Of a DNA stretch of 64,000 nt, positions 1 through 12,700 are shown piece after piece (the stretch's first letter is position 1; every line of letters starts with the position of its first letter). The translations under genes were made by a program, and so were the position numbers. The stretch is taken from positions 24,709,319-24,773,318 of the forward strand of contig OZ037768.1 of the NCBI GenBank assembly GCA_964035545.1, written 5' to 3'. Source of the stretch: Bugula neritina. Taxonomy: Eukaryota > Animalia > Bryozoa. The notes beneath the pieces were generated by a model. It made no database searches and was not told the origin of the DNA. It saw nothing but the letters and a program-made list of their open reading frames with translations.

Positions 1-258
1 GAGATGTGGAGATGGGAGAGAGGTGTGGAGCTAGGAGAGAGGTGTGGAGCTGGGAGAGAGGTGTGGAGCTGGGAGACAGGTGTGGAGTTAGGAGAGAGAG
101 GTGTGGAGCTAGGAGAGGTGTGGAGCTAGGAGAGAGGTGTGGAGCTGGGAGAGAGGTGTGGAGCTGGGAGAGAGGTGTGGAGCTGGGAGAGAGGTGTGGA
201 GCTGGGAGAGAGAGGTGTGGAGCTGGGAGAGAGGTGTGGAGCTAGGAGAGAGATGTGG
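1..258. repeat. intronic minisatellite, ~19-bp purine-rich unit GGAGCTGGGAGAGAGGTGT
   Basis: Direct tandem units visible; lies in MTSS intron 4. Confidence 0.9.
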
Positions 259-387
259 AAGGTATACTAAACAGACTTCCCCAGACCTACTGGTGAGATT
301 ATCTGGTGACCAGAAGAGAGCCATCATAATGCGACTAAAAGGAAGATTAGTGAATGAGCTTAACAGAGATGTACTTAGTATATGGTA

Positions 388-1058
388 GTTAGTATCTAGT
401 AGTTAGTATGTAGTAGTTAGTATGTAGTAGTTAGTATGTAGTAGTTAGTATGTAGTAGTTAGTATATAGTAGCTAGTATGTAGTAGTTAGTATGCAGTAG
501 TTAGTATGTAGTAGTTAGTATATAGTAGTTAGTATGTAGTAGTTAGTATATAGTAGTTAGTATATAGTAGTTAGTATGTAGTAGTTAGTATGTAGTAGTT
601 AGTATGTAGTAGTTAGTATGTAGTAGTTAGTATGTAGTAGTTAGTATGTAGTAGTTAGTATGTAGTAGTTAGTATGTAGTAGTTAGTATGTAGTAGTTAG
701 TATGTAGTAGTTAGTATATAGTAGTTAGTATGTAGTAGTTAGTATGTAGTAGTTAGTATGTAGTAGTTAGTATGTAGTAGTTAGTATGTAGTAGTTAGTA
801 TGTAGTAGTTAGTATATAGTAGTTAGTATATAGTAGTTAGTATGTAGTAGCTAGTATGTAGTAGTTAGTATGTAGTAGTTAGTATATAGTAGTTAGTATG
901 TAGTAGTTAGTATGTAGTAGTTAGTATATAGTAGTTAGTATGTAGTAGTTAGTATGTAGTAGTTAGTATGTAGTAGTTAGTATGTAGTAGTTAGTATGTA
1001 GTAGTTAGTATGTAGTAGTTAGTATGTAGTAGTTAGTATGTAGTAGTTAGTATGTAGT
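388..1058. repeat. intronic minisatellite, 14-bp unit AGTTAGTATGTAGT
   Basis: Direct tandem units in MTSS intron 4. Confidence 0.95.
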
Positions 1059-1069
1059 AGGTGGTGCGG

Positions 1070-1225
1070 AAAGGGTGGAGGTGAAGGGGAGGGGGAGGGG
1101 GAGGGGGAGGGGGAGGGGGAGGGAGAGGTGAAGGGGGAGGTGGAGGGGGAGGTGAAGGGGGAGGGGGAGGGGGAGGGAGAGGTGAAGGGAGAGGGGAGGG
1201 GAGGGGGAGGGGGAGGTGGAGGTGG
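1070..1225. repeat. G-rich polypurine tract (GGGGGA/GGTGAA)n with G-quadruplex/triplex potential
   Basis: Many G4-G5 runs separated by single bases. Confidence 0.85.
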
Positions 1226-1482
1226 TGATGGAGTACAAGTATGAATGGTAGGATAAACAGTGTAAACAGAAGAGTAGAACTCAGTAATTACTCTGTCAAG
1301 CGTGTAAACTATGCATTCACAGTATCATCAATATTATTATTATACAATAAACAGTGTGACAGGTGTCAGGGCATAGCACCTGTGGGCTGTGACCCCACTG
1401 TTATCTCAAGGTCACTTGTATTGCAGGTAAAGGAATGTTGACCTCAGGTTCTGTGAAACATCATGATACAGCAACATAGACA

Positions 1483-1758
1483 GTGTAGATATATAGGTGT
1501 AGATATATAGGTGTAGATATATAGATGTAGATATATAAGTGTAGATATATAGGTGTAGATATATAGGTGTAGATATATAGGTGTAGATATATAGGTGTAG
1601 ATATATAGGTGTAGATATATAGGTGTAGATATATAGGTGTAGATATATAGGTGTAGATATATAGGTGTAGATATGTAAGTGTAGATATATAGGTGTAGAT
1701 ATATAGATGTAGATATATAGGTGTAGATATATAGGTGTAGATATATAGGTGTAGATAT
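1483..1758. repeat. intronic minisatellite, 14-bp unit GTAGATATATAGGT
   Basis: Abuts the MTSS exon-4 donor. Confidence 0.95.
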
Positions 1759-1769
1759 AAAAGACTTAC

Positions 1770-3024
1770 TTGGCATACACCTTCATCTTGCTTTCAATAC
1801 TTCTGTGCCTTAAGCAGAGCCTTGTGAGAGATTTACCGATTTCTTTGGTAGCACCTGCATGCAATAGAGTAATATAGTAAGTAATGTATGTGTTATATAG
1901 TAAGTATGTATGTGTTATATAGTAAGTATTGTATGTGTTATATAGTAAGTATGTATGTGTTATATAGTAAGTAATGTATGTGTTATATAGTAAGTAATGT
2001 ATGTGTTATATAGTAAGTATGTATGTGTTATATAGTACGTAATGTATGTGTTATATAGTAAGTATTGTATGTGTTATATAGTAAGTAATGTATATGTTAT
2101 ATAGTAAGTAATGTATATGTTATATAGTAAGTAATGTATATGTTATATAGTAAGTAATGTATGTGTTATATAGTAAGTATATGTATTCTCTCTCTACTCT
2201 ATATTCTATAGCATTATTGTATTGATAGATAGAGGGTTGCCTGTTGAATGCTTTGTTGAACAACAAATGCCGTCTGTAAGGAAAGCCTTTGTTGGCAGTT
2301 TGAGAATATCTTATTGACTCTACTATCTTCTTATCAATTTACAAAATATACTGGCATGAGATGTAGCACTAGCATTCCTTATTCCCTCTACGTAACTACA
2401 GTGTAGATGTATGTACAGTGTAGATGTATGTACAGTGTAGATGTAACTACAGTGTAGATGTATGTACAGTGTAGATGTAACTACAGTGTAGATGTATGTA
2501 CAGTGTAGATGTACGTACAGTGTAAATGTATGTACAGTGTAGATGTAACTACAGTGTAGATGTATGTACAGTGTAGATGTAACTACAGTGTAGATGTATG
2601 TACAGTGTAGATGTATGTACAGTGTAGATGTATGTACAGTGTAGATGTAACTACAGTGTAGATGTATGTACAGTGTAGATGTAACCACAGTGTAGATGTA
2701 CGTACAGTGTAGATGTATGTACAGTGTAGATGTATGTACGTATGTAATGTACATGAAGAGATGAATTTCTATTGATTTTCTGAGTGCAGTTTGCTGATAG
2801 TAACTAACTGAAATACTACATTCCACATGATAGATAGCTGAGGGCACATCATGAGGGCAAGCAGTGAGGGCAAGCAGTAAGAAGGCAACAAAACAAATTA
2901 CAGATGTCAAAGGAATTCAATATTCAGCCTGTAGGGCAAACAACCATAATACTTATTTATATTTCAGAGCAACTGCAGTTTTCTTAGTAGTAGTATTAGT
3001 AGTAGTAGTAGTAGTACTAGTAGC

Positions 3025-3068
<44 letters not shown>

Positions 3069-3086
3069 CGGTACTAGTACTAGTAC

Positions 3087-3121
<35 letters not shown>

Positions 3122-4963
3122 CTAGTAGCAGTAGCGTAGTAATAAAGGCAGCTGCCAGTACACAAAAGCGCAACATAATGCTTTCAGACCAATTCTCTGG
3201 TTACCATGGAGACGAGGTAAACAAAGAGTAACCATGGTAACTGGTTGAGACCCATAATAAGAGTAAGATATAGTATAGTATATAATAAGAGTAAGATATA
3301 GTATAGTATATAATAAGAGTAAGATATAGTATAGTATATAATAAGAGTAAGATATAGTATAGTATATAATAAGAGTAAGATATAGTATAGTATATAATAA
3401 GAGTAAGATATAGTATAGTATATAATAAGAGTAAGATATAGTATAGTATAGTATATAATAAGAGTAAGATATAGTATAGTATATAATAAGAGTAAGATAT
3501 AGTATAGTATATAATAAGAGTAAGATATAGTATAGTATATAATAAGAGTAAGATATAGTATATAGTATATAATAAGAGTAAGATATAGTATAGTATATAA
3601 TAAGAGTAAGATATAGTATAGTATATAATAAGAGTAAGATATAGTATAGTATATAATAAGAGTAAGATATAGTATAGTATATAATAAGAGTAAGATATAG
3701 TATATAGTATATAATAAGAGTAAGATATAGTATAGTATATAATAAGAGTAAGATATAGTATAGTATATAATAAGAGTAAGATATAGTATAGTATATAATA
3801 AGAGTAAGATATAGTATATAGTATATAATAAGAGTAAGATATAGTATAGTATATAATAAGAGTAAGATATAGTATATAGTATATAATAAGAGTAAGATAT
3901 AGTATAGTATATAATAAGAGTAAGATATAGTATAGTATATGATACAACAGACTGCTGACATACCTTTAGAGCCAGTAGCAGCATCAGCTACTTTTTGAAA
4001 AGACTCAAGGAATCCAGCTATAGCCACGATAGAAGACCTGTATAACACAGTAACATTACACTATATAGAAGACATACAGTAACACTACACTGTATAGAAG
4101 ACATACAGTAACATTACACTGTATAGAAGATATACAGTAACATTACACTATATAGAAGATATACAGTAACATTACACTATATAGAAGATACACAGTAACA
4201 CTACACTATATAGAAGATATACAGTAACATTACACTGTATAGAAGACATACAGTAACACTACACTGTATAGAAGATATACAGTAACACTACACTATATAG
4301 AAGATATACAGTAACACTACACTGTATAGAAGATATACAGTAACATTACACTGTATAGAAGACATACAGTAACACTACACTGTATAGAAGATATACAGTA
4401 ACACTACACTATATAGAAGATATACAGTAACACTACACTATATAGAAGACATACAGTAACACTACACTGTATAGAAGACACACAGTAACATTACACTGTA
4501 TAGAAGACACACAGTAACATTACACTGTATAGAAGATCTGTATAACACAGTATGCTATAGTCACATTGCTGTAGACACTGTAACTCATGATGTGTATTGA
4601 GAGATGAAACTTAAACAATGATCTGTAGAACAAACCTGAGAGATGAATGAAGTTTGGTAGTTCTGACTGAGAGCTCCTCAAATACAGGCACACTGTCCTG
4701 CAATAGTAGTATACTTAGTATATAATATAGTAGTATACTTAGTATATAATATAGTAGTATACACAGTATATAATATAGTAGTATACTTAGTATATAATAT
4801 AGTAGTATACTTAGTATATAATATAGTAGTATACTTAGTATATAATATAGTATATAATATAGTATATTGTATAGTAAAGAAGGCTCACTCTCATATCATT
4901 GATGAGACCCTGGAACAAGTTAGCCAGTGCATTGCAGTTGGACTCCAGCTCAGAGCCCCCCAT
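1770..4963 (-). CDS. MTSS1: MTSS1/MIM-family I-BAR (IMD) domain protein, 5' part (coding exons 1-4; the rest lies left of the window)
   Basis: Minus-strand exons 4963-4889 (MGGSELESNCNALANLFQGLINDMR), 4697-4636 (DSVPVFEELSVRTTKLHSSLR), 4037-3964 (SSIVAIAGFLESFQKVADAATGSK) and 1854-1770 (GATKEIGKSLTRLCLRHRSIESKMKVYA), all GT-AG and phase-consistent. They match the MTSS1/MTSS2 N-terminus (ECSALGGLFQTIISDMK...AFLDAFQKVADMAT...GTREIGSALTRMCMRHRSIE). Exon 5 was not found in 1-1769. MTSS1 versus MTSS2 cannot be resolved (likely single invertebrate co-orthologue). Confidence 0.92.
1874..2740. repeat. two intronic minisatellites: 22-23-bp TAGTAAGTAATGTATGTGTTATA (1874-2180) and 17-bp CAGTGTAGATGTATGTA (2390-2740)
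   Basis: Tandem units in MTSS intron 3. Confidence 0.9.
2985..3135. repeat. (GTA)n microsatellite
   Basis: Imperfect trinucleotide run. Confidence 0.9.
3200..3241. promoter_or_regulatory. candidate RFX X-box / forkhead / X-box composite element
   Basis: GTTACCATGGAGAC (3200-3213), GTAAACA (3217-3223) and GTAACCATGGTAAC (3228-3241) lie in a non-repetitive island of MTSS intron 3. Confidence 0.5.
3254..3940. repeat. intronic minisatellite, 28-bp unit ATAATAAGAGTAAGATATAGTATAGTAT
   Basis: Tandem units ending ~20 bp from the MTSS exon-3 donor. Confidence 0.95.
4047..4536. repeat. intronic minisatellite, 29-bp unit ACAGTAACATTACACTATATAGAAGATAT
   Basis: Fills most of MTSS intron 2. Confidence 0.95.
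4703..4866. repeat. intronic minisatellite, 24-bp unit ATAGTAGTATACTTAGTATATAAT
   Basis: Fills MTSS intron 1. Confidence 0.9.
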
Positions 4964-5287
4964 GTTGAGGGAAATGGTAGAGCAGGTGAGAGGAGAGGCT
5001 AGGGAAGCAGCTGAGTGGACAGTAAATCACTAAGTCAGGAAATCACCAGATATTCCATTAATAATTACTCCTGAGTATATTGGTAGTTTGTACAGTGCCT
5101 TAGTAGAACATAACACCAGAGTTAATCTAATTATTCATTGCAGAATCTACAAAACAAAGGCTAATTATTACTACAAAAAGGTTGCAAGCGTTGCTCATTG
5201 CGAGGTATACATTAGCATAAAGCCAAAACATTACATGTTTGTTTAAACCTGGCGGAGCATTGAGTGCACCTGCAGCAGCTTGACACA

Positions 5288-5450
5288 TGCTATACTCTCT
5301 ATACACCCTGCTATACACTCTCTATACACTATGCTATACTCTCTCTATACACTATACTCTCTATACACTATGCTATACTTTCTCTATACACTATGCTATA
5401 CTCTCTCTATACACTATGCTATACTCTCTCTATACACTATGCTATACTCT
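5288..5450. repeat. 23-bp minisatellite CTCTATACACTATGCTATACTCT upstream of the MTSS ATG (possibly in a 5'UTR intron)
   Basis: About 7 tandem units. Confidence 0.8.
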
Positions 5451-6587
5451 TGCTGTTTGACTTTATAACAATCAATGATGTCAAATTTCAGTCATGGTCG
5501 ATACACAAAGTGAAAGACATTACCATCTAACCAGCCGTTAAGTGTCAGTTTCGCCGTCTTCAGCATGACGGTGTAACACAAGGTAAAACTAGTAACTCGA
5601 GAATGCATAAATTGGAGATACCACCAAAATTAAACTATATTATTCATTTGTAATAAGTGTCACTATCATCAAATTTCAAATTATATTAAAGATGGCTGCA
5701 GTTTTATAAGACAAAATTATGTCAACTTTAGCTTTGAACATTATCAATAAGAAGTCAGTAAAATCAACCAATAAAAATAGAACAAGTGAGATTAACAAAT
5801 TTATGAAATAAGCTGGTTAACATGGTTAGACTACTGCCAAAGCAACCATCATAATAGTGAGAATAACAAGTGACTATGGAGTAGCAATTATCAAACATCA
5901 ATATAAATGTATGCCCACAGGCAGCAGCTACAGAGTGTTGAACCAAGGCTTTTGAACTGGAGGTTTTCATGAACTGATAAAACGCTATCAACAATAATAT
6001 CAGGCTAAACTGCTGTGTGTGTAGAGTACGCAACCCTATAGAGGTGATACACTCATAAGATTTACAGTAGCTAATAATACTAGGACCCAATCAGCTGCAT
6101 ATGATCTAATTGAAACTTTGGTGTTGGTAGTTTTTTATATCAACATCGGATAATTAAATAGGAGTGTGTTTTGAGCCTGAAACATAGCCAAACTGATACT
6201 CATGCTGAGTGATACTCATACTGATTATTTTTGTTATAATTTTGAAAATTATTATTATGATAAATATGAGAGAAATAGTACTACTTGATATTTTCAAGAC
6301 ATGATTATAATGCAAAGCAAAAGTTATAGTAAAGCTAAATGTCAACCCAGAGGCTGATGTTACTTTGCATGTGCTAAAGATAAGTATGATAGTCATATTC
6401 ATACTCCCACTCATAATCACTTTATCATAATGATAAGGATAGTTATACTTAAGACTCTTTAGACTAGCGTTCAAATCCAAATATCGAAATTGATTATATT
6501 TAATTAATATCGTAGTAATAACAATACTAATAGTAAAAGCCTAGCTCAAACTACAAATGCAACTAGTAGTAGTAGTAGCAGTAGTAG

Positions 6588-6631
<44 letters not shown>

Positions 6632-8160
6632 GTAGTAGTAGTAGTGCCATAGGCATAGGGGTTCTATAAGTATAACTAAAAGTAAAACGTGCACTGCTTA
6701 TAGTCATAGTAATTGTGATACTAATACTAAATATAATAGTTATAATCAATGGCAGTGATCAAATTGAATACATCATAATGATAATATTAAACTTGAAGAT
6801 TATCATTATAATAATCACAATGGAATGATAATGAATAATCACTAAATACTAATGAGACTAAGTTAAATAGTAAAATAGTAAGACTAATAGTAAAACTAAA
6901 AGTAATAGTTATACTTATAGCCATAGTAATATTTATATTCTCCTTCTCATTCTGTCACATTCATAAGTATTAAGAACAAGTTTAACTTTTACTGTAAACC
7001 CTACCAGTTAACCATAATGATTGATTGATTTATTACATATCAGTTATCACAGACATGACAACAAGTTGCGAAATCCAGTGTAAATATTGCCCATAATAAG
7101 TAGACATGAACAAAAGTGGAAAAAATGATGTTAGTAAATATAATATTGAAAAATCTAATACTAATGGCAATCTCAATCTAATACAGTACGAGATTGAGTA
7201 TTAGTGTTACTATCACTAATAGTAATAGTATTACTAATAGTAATAGTAATACTAATAGTAATAGACTGATAGTATTACTATTAGTATTAGTAATAGAAAT
7301 TAGAATAGTTATACTTACTAACTTAGAGTTAGTTCAAGTCATATAGATATACTTAATCTTATAGTTTAAGTTAATTTAAAATTACTTAGAGTTACTACTA
7401 CTACTACCTACTACTACTACTACTACTAGTAGTAGTAGTAGTAGTAGTAGTAACACCAATGGCAATAGTATTATTATTATTATAAATAATTGGTGCCATT
7501 AGGGCATTACGTCTGCAGCTAAGCCTAATCTAATGGGTAATGACTAATCTCAATCTAACCCACTCGGGAATCGGCGAGCAAGATAACAAGATTTTAGTTT
7601 AAGTTTTATAGTCCAGTTTAAGTGATCTTAATTTAACTTCTAAATGTTGACGATGTATGCTACTTTGGCACTTACCAGTAAACATTAGCATAGTATTAGC
7701 AGTATTACCGATATTACTATTAGGTATTGATCCGATAGTAATCAAAGTGAGCGTGAAAGAGTCATACTAACTGTAGCAATGACTCTGAAACTGGTTATAG
7801 AGGAGTCGGAGTAGACGGTAGTACTAATTCTAAACTGGGAGTTTGTTAAAATGCTAAATATCGTGTCCAATAAAAATACAGTTCACCTAAATGCAAAAAT
7901 ATTCAGCGGAAAAATAACTCCAAAAAGCAAATTCTTTTTTATATTATAATGGTAATAAAATAACAAAGTACAGCACGAGCATGAATTTAGTTGGGCCAGT
8001 GCCATTTTCAATTTTATAAAAGAGTACAATTGCATTAGATACAAAGTTACAAATTATAACAATAATTATGAGAGATATTCTATCGAATGTTTTGTATTAA
8101 GCCTAAAGTCAAGGTGGTAGCTTGAATGTCAAATTTAGGAATTGTTCTATACTGCTTCGT

Positions 8161-8263
8161 GTTAGGGATGACGGAATGCAGTAGTTTGAGATTCTCAAGT
8201 TTGCAGTTGGGGTCCGACTCAAAACTTGAAAACTCCAAACTACTGCACTCAGTCACCTCCAAC
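8161..8263. repeat. ~100-bp imperfect palindrome (small MITE-like foldback)
   Basis: GATGACGGAATGCAGTAGTTTGAGATTCTCAAGTTT ... AAACTTGAAAACTCCAAACTACTGCACTCAGTCACC are reverse complements with mismatches. Confidence 0.7.
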
Positions 8264-9702
8264 TTGGAGCTGCTTATAAAAAGATTCCAAGGTTACGGGT
8301 TTATCAACATTATCACAATCATAATGATGCTCATAATACTAATACTAATAGTAATACTAAATCTAATACTAATACTAATAGTAATACTAATCTAATGTAA
8401 TACTTATATTAACTTATAGTTATAGTTATACTGTAAGTATAAGTATATCATTACTAGACTGGTAGTCGCAGTGACTTTTATTTATACTTATAGTTATACT
8501 TATACTAGTTATAGTGACAATCAAAATTAAAATGCTGCTCATAGTCATCCTGATTATCATAATCATACTGATACTCTATCACTATCAGCATCACTATGTG
8601 AATGTCTATACTCTATACAGTATACTTATACTTATACTAATACTAACTTATAGTTATAGTTCTAGTAATACTAATAATTATAGTTATAGTTATACTAATA
8701 GTATAGCCATAGGCATACTGATACTCAAGCTCATAGCCATGCCCATAGTGATAGGCTATAAGTATAAGTATAACTTAAAAATAAATACAAGTATAAGTTC
8801 ACTACAAGTACAAGCATACTGATGGTGATACTCGTACTCATAGTCATACTGATAGTGATACTAATAGTAATAGTAATACTCTAATAGTAATACTAATAGT
8901 AATACTAATATTAATACTCAAACTGAAACTGATAATGATACTGATAGTGATAGTGATAGTGATAGTGATAGGTGAGCCAATAGATACAGCAAATTCCCTG
9001 ACTATTGGGCTTGGTGAACCCAGACTGGCTTTATGATTATCATTAATCATTATGATTATGCCTATGGTTATCAGATCTTGCATCTTGCAAAACCACATAA
9101 TAAGTTTTATCATTAGCCATTTTATTTAAGGTTAAACTTAATCGATGAATATCAGTATCATAATATTAATCGCCCAAAGTCACTATCAATATGTTTAAAA
9201 CCAAATGACTAGTGTTGAAAAAAGCAATTAAAAATGATGTTATTATTAATATTGATAATATTTATCTATAATATCATCACCATGATCAAGTGATCATCAT
9301 AAGCCATGAGTGATAAGTATGAAATATTCATATTGAATCTAAATCTGAATCATTCATCAAATTCAATATGGATTAAATGTGAATTTATTACTATATCAAT
9401 ATAAATATAAATATTATTATAAAATCAAACAATAAATAGCTAAATAAAAATGTAATATTCATTAAAGTTTAATAATGAATCTCACTTCTCAAATTTTTAA
9501 TTTGAGAGCCAATTCCATATGTAATTAATATAGTAATATAAATAAAAAATATTGTTGTCGCCACAAAATGAAATATTTATTGATTATGATGGTGGGGTAC
9601 AATATGATTGATAAGTTATTATTGACAGATAATCAAACTGTAAGTGTGAGTGTGAAACTAAATAAAATATATATTTTAAATAATTGAATTTTGCTTTCTT
9701 AA

Positions 9703-12700
9703 AGGCGGTAAGCTTCCAGGTTATTTATTACATTTGAGCAAAAGTTTGCATGCTTTTCAACTGTTTTATCAGCATTTTACCCAATTTCTTATACGAAAAC
9801 ACTACAAAAATGTAAGTAAAAGTGGTCATATTAGGTGTCTTAGACTTGCCCAGACTTGCCCGCGAGCGTGCCCTCCGTGACGTGGGGATGGCAAAATAGC
9901 CCAATTGTAGCGTGAGTTTATATCGCGTAAAGTTATTAAGAAGCGGGTTTGTCGCAGATTCTCGTTATTCGTAGCTCAAATCACATGAATGTTACTCTTC
10001 GGGCGGCTACTAATAACTAACGTTAGCTACGCAACATCAAGAAAGGTAACTAATTTAACTGTTTTCAAATGGACTATTTCATTTCGCTAGTTTGTAACTT
10101 GCTGTAAATCACAAAATAATTATTTTCCCTATTTTAATTTCAATTATCATGTCGACCACACTACCAGAAAATTACTCTTAAATATGCAGTAAATGATGAT
10201 TTTCAACCGTTTTGTGATGAATTATAGGTTAGTAGTTGTCTACGTAAAACCAAGTTTTGAAATTTGTAACTGAAAGTGAATCACAGTATGAGTATCAGTA
10301 TCAGTATGAGTGTCACTAGTCTAACTCTATTTCTATGACATTGACTCTCACTCTAAGTCTATGACTATCGCCTATTGGTGAACTATTATTAATAATATTC
10401 AATGGTTATATTTATTAATACTATTATTAGTCATAATGATAATCATATGACAGTATCAGTATGTTAATGTTACGGAGCAGGATCAGTTTCGAAACTAATA
10501 CTTATACTTATAGTTATATTAGTTATAACTATAAGTATAACTATAACTATAAGTTATACCGATAGCTATATTAATATAAATATTTATATTCATAGTAATA
10601 CTAATAGCAAATGTAATATTATTATGTTAATAGTTATACTTGTAAGTTATAATATAAAGCAAACGACACAAGTATTAATTTCAATTTGAACTGCTGGTCT
10701 TGAAATAAAAAGTGAAATAAATATAAATAATAAAATATAAATTATAATAATTTAATTATACTAATACTTATACAGAAATATAATTATAATAAATTTATAA
10801 AACTTAAACAACTTTTAATTTAAGGAACAACTTTAAATACAAACATAAAGATAATATTAAATAATTATAATCATAATGATCATAACAATAAATATAATTA
10901 TGATTCCAATAATTATCAATATATTATATAATATTTATTGCAAGTGAAAGTTAGTTATTCTCCGCCAGCTGCATGAATGTGACTGGTAAATTTTGTAACC
11001 TTTGGCAGTAATAACTTTGTAGCATAAATTAGACACATTTTTATGAAAATACATAATGTTAATGCTATAGCTGCTAGTAATTCTAATGGGTGTAATAATA
11101 TTACTTTCACCAGCATTAATTTTTACTTTGTTCATCTCTTCATAAAGCATTTTCTAAATCCTTTTTTGAATAAATATACATATAATGTGCTGAATAGATT
11201 ACATATGTTGGGGTTTTTCCTATACTGCAGCTCAGCCTACACTCCCCCCCCCCCACAAATGTTCCTAAACTACTAGCTTCATCAGGATACAGATTGATGG
11301 AGCTGTATTGATAAAAACTTCTCTTTTTAGCAGTAGAGGCATCATGAAAAAAAAGGCAAGTATTTTACTAAATATGAATGCGGTTTTTTACTTCTACAAA
11401 TTTGATAGCCTACACTATTCTATTTAAATGGAAACTGGTCTGACATAATGTGTCTGCAATTTATTAGTTATAATATAGTAAATACTATGCGGGCCTATAG
11501 ATCCAATGGCTCAAAAAAAAATTAAATAAAACATTACACAATGCTGTATTTATTAGCAATGTGATACTTAGCAACTAATTTCACATTATTATTTTTTGCA
11601 AAGTTTCATATATCTACATATGTTTGTTCAATTCAGTGTTCTGAAGTAGAAGGTTCCAACAGCAGGGAAAAGCCTTGAACAAGATATTATGTTTTACATC
11701 TCCAACTCATTTTAACTTTGCTGGTCAGTGCATTGTGTATCTGGAGCATAGTTTTGTATTTTTAAGTAGTCCATCAGATACCTTTGTAGATAGTAAAGAT
11801 TAAAATGTTTGTGCAATGATGTCCATAATGTTGAACTGATTTATTGAAACTAAAACTGTTCTTAATTATAACAAAACTTGACAATCTTTACATAAAGAAT
11901 AATGTCCTATAATCTATCTTCATTGTAAACAAAATTAGAAAGTTCCACACCAGCAAATTGTTAACCATCATCTGTAGGTGGAAGACGCGTGCACTCAGTT
12001 ATAAAGGCAAGCTGACGGTGGTTTTCTTTGCCTTCTATGAAGATTTGGAAAGAGCCAGAAAATTAATACTCTATAACTGCAAAACCATGTTGTAGTGTCT
12101 TGTGTTATTGATTGAATCATCTAAAAGAAAAATTGTTGTATCATTATAATTTTACTGTTAATGAATTAGCAAATCTACTTATCTTGGTAAATATATTCAA
12201 GAACAAATACTATAGTGTAACTCAGTTTTGGTTATGTGTATGCTCCTTAAGCGAATTTACAGCAGATATCAAACTATATATTAGAGACTGATATAGGAAT
12301 TACATTTAAGCTAACCATGATGATGTAAATAGCTGTTGTATGTGACTTCGAGAACTCTGCTGGCCATGTCAGTTCAATTACACCAGGGTGATCTGTTACG
12401 AATTTCATGTCATTATTGAAATTCAGCTTTTTCAAGTGCCTCTTCACAACTCTGGCAGCATTCTGACTGCTCCTTAGCTTTCTGCACCTGAAATTTCTTC
12501 TACTTGCACCATTCTTCTATTGGTGGAATGTTAGCCTATAACAAACAGGTGTACCAAAGCTAAAAAAAATATCTAATTCACTGCACTAGGATATTATTCA
12601 ACTCATTTAAATTTAATATATAGCAGTAAAACAATCACATAATTGTATTTATTTTATCAGCTTTACTTTACAAAGCTGAACCATATAATTTAGTAACTTG

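Noticed and set aside
259-375. Unique island as candidate MTSS exon 5
   Set aside because: Minus-strand translation does not resemble the expected LxDCLINPLQ..EEWKK segment; exon 5 is presumably left of the window.
6154-9113. Short Ile/Leu/Thr-rich ORFs resembling membrane peptides
   Set aside because: By-products of the ANTNAT low-complexity tracts; no splice structure or homology.
10935-11820. Possible transposase remnants inside the Kolobok-like element
   Set aside because: No DDE, THAP or zinc-finger motif could be recognised by eye.
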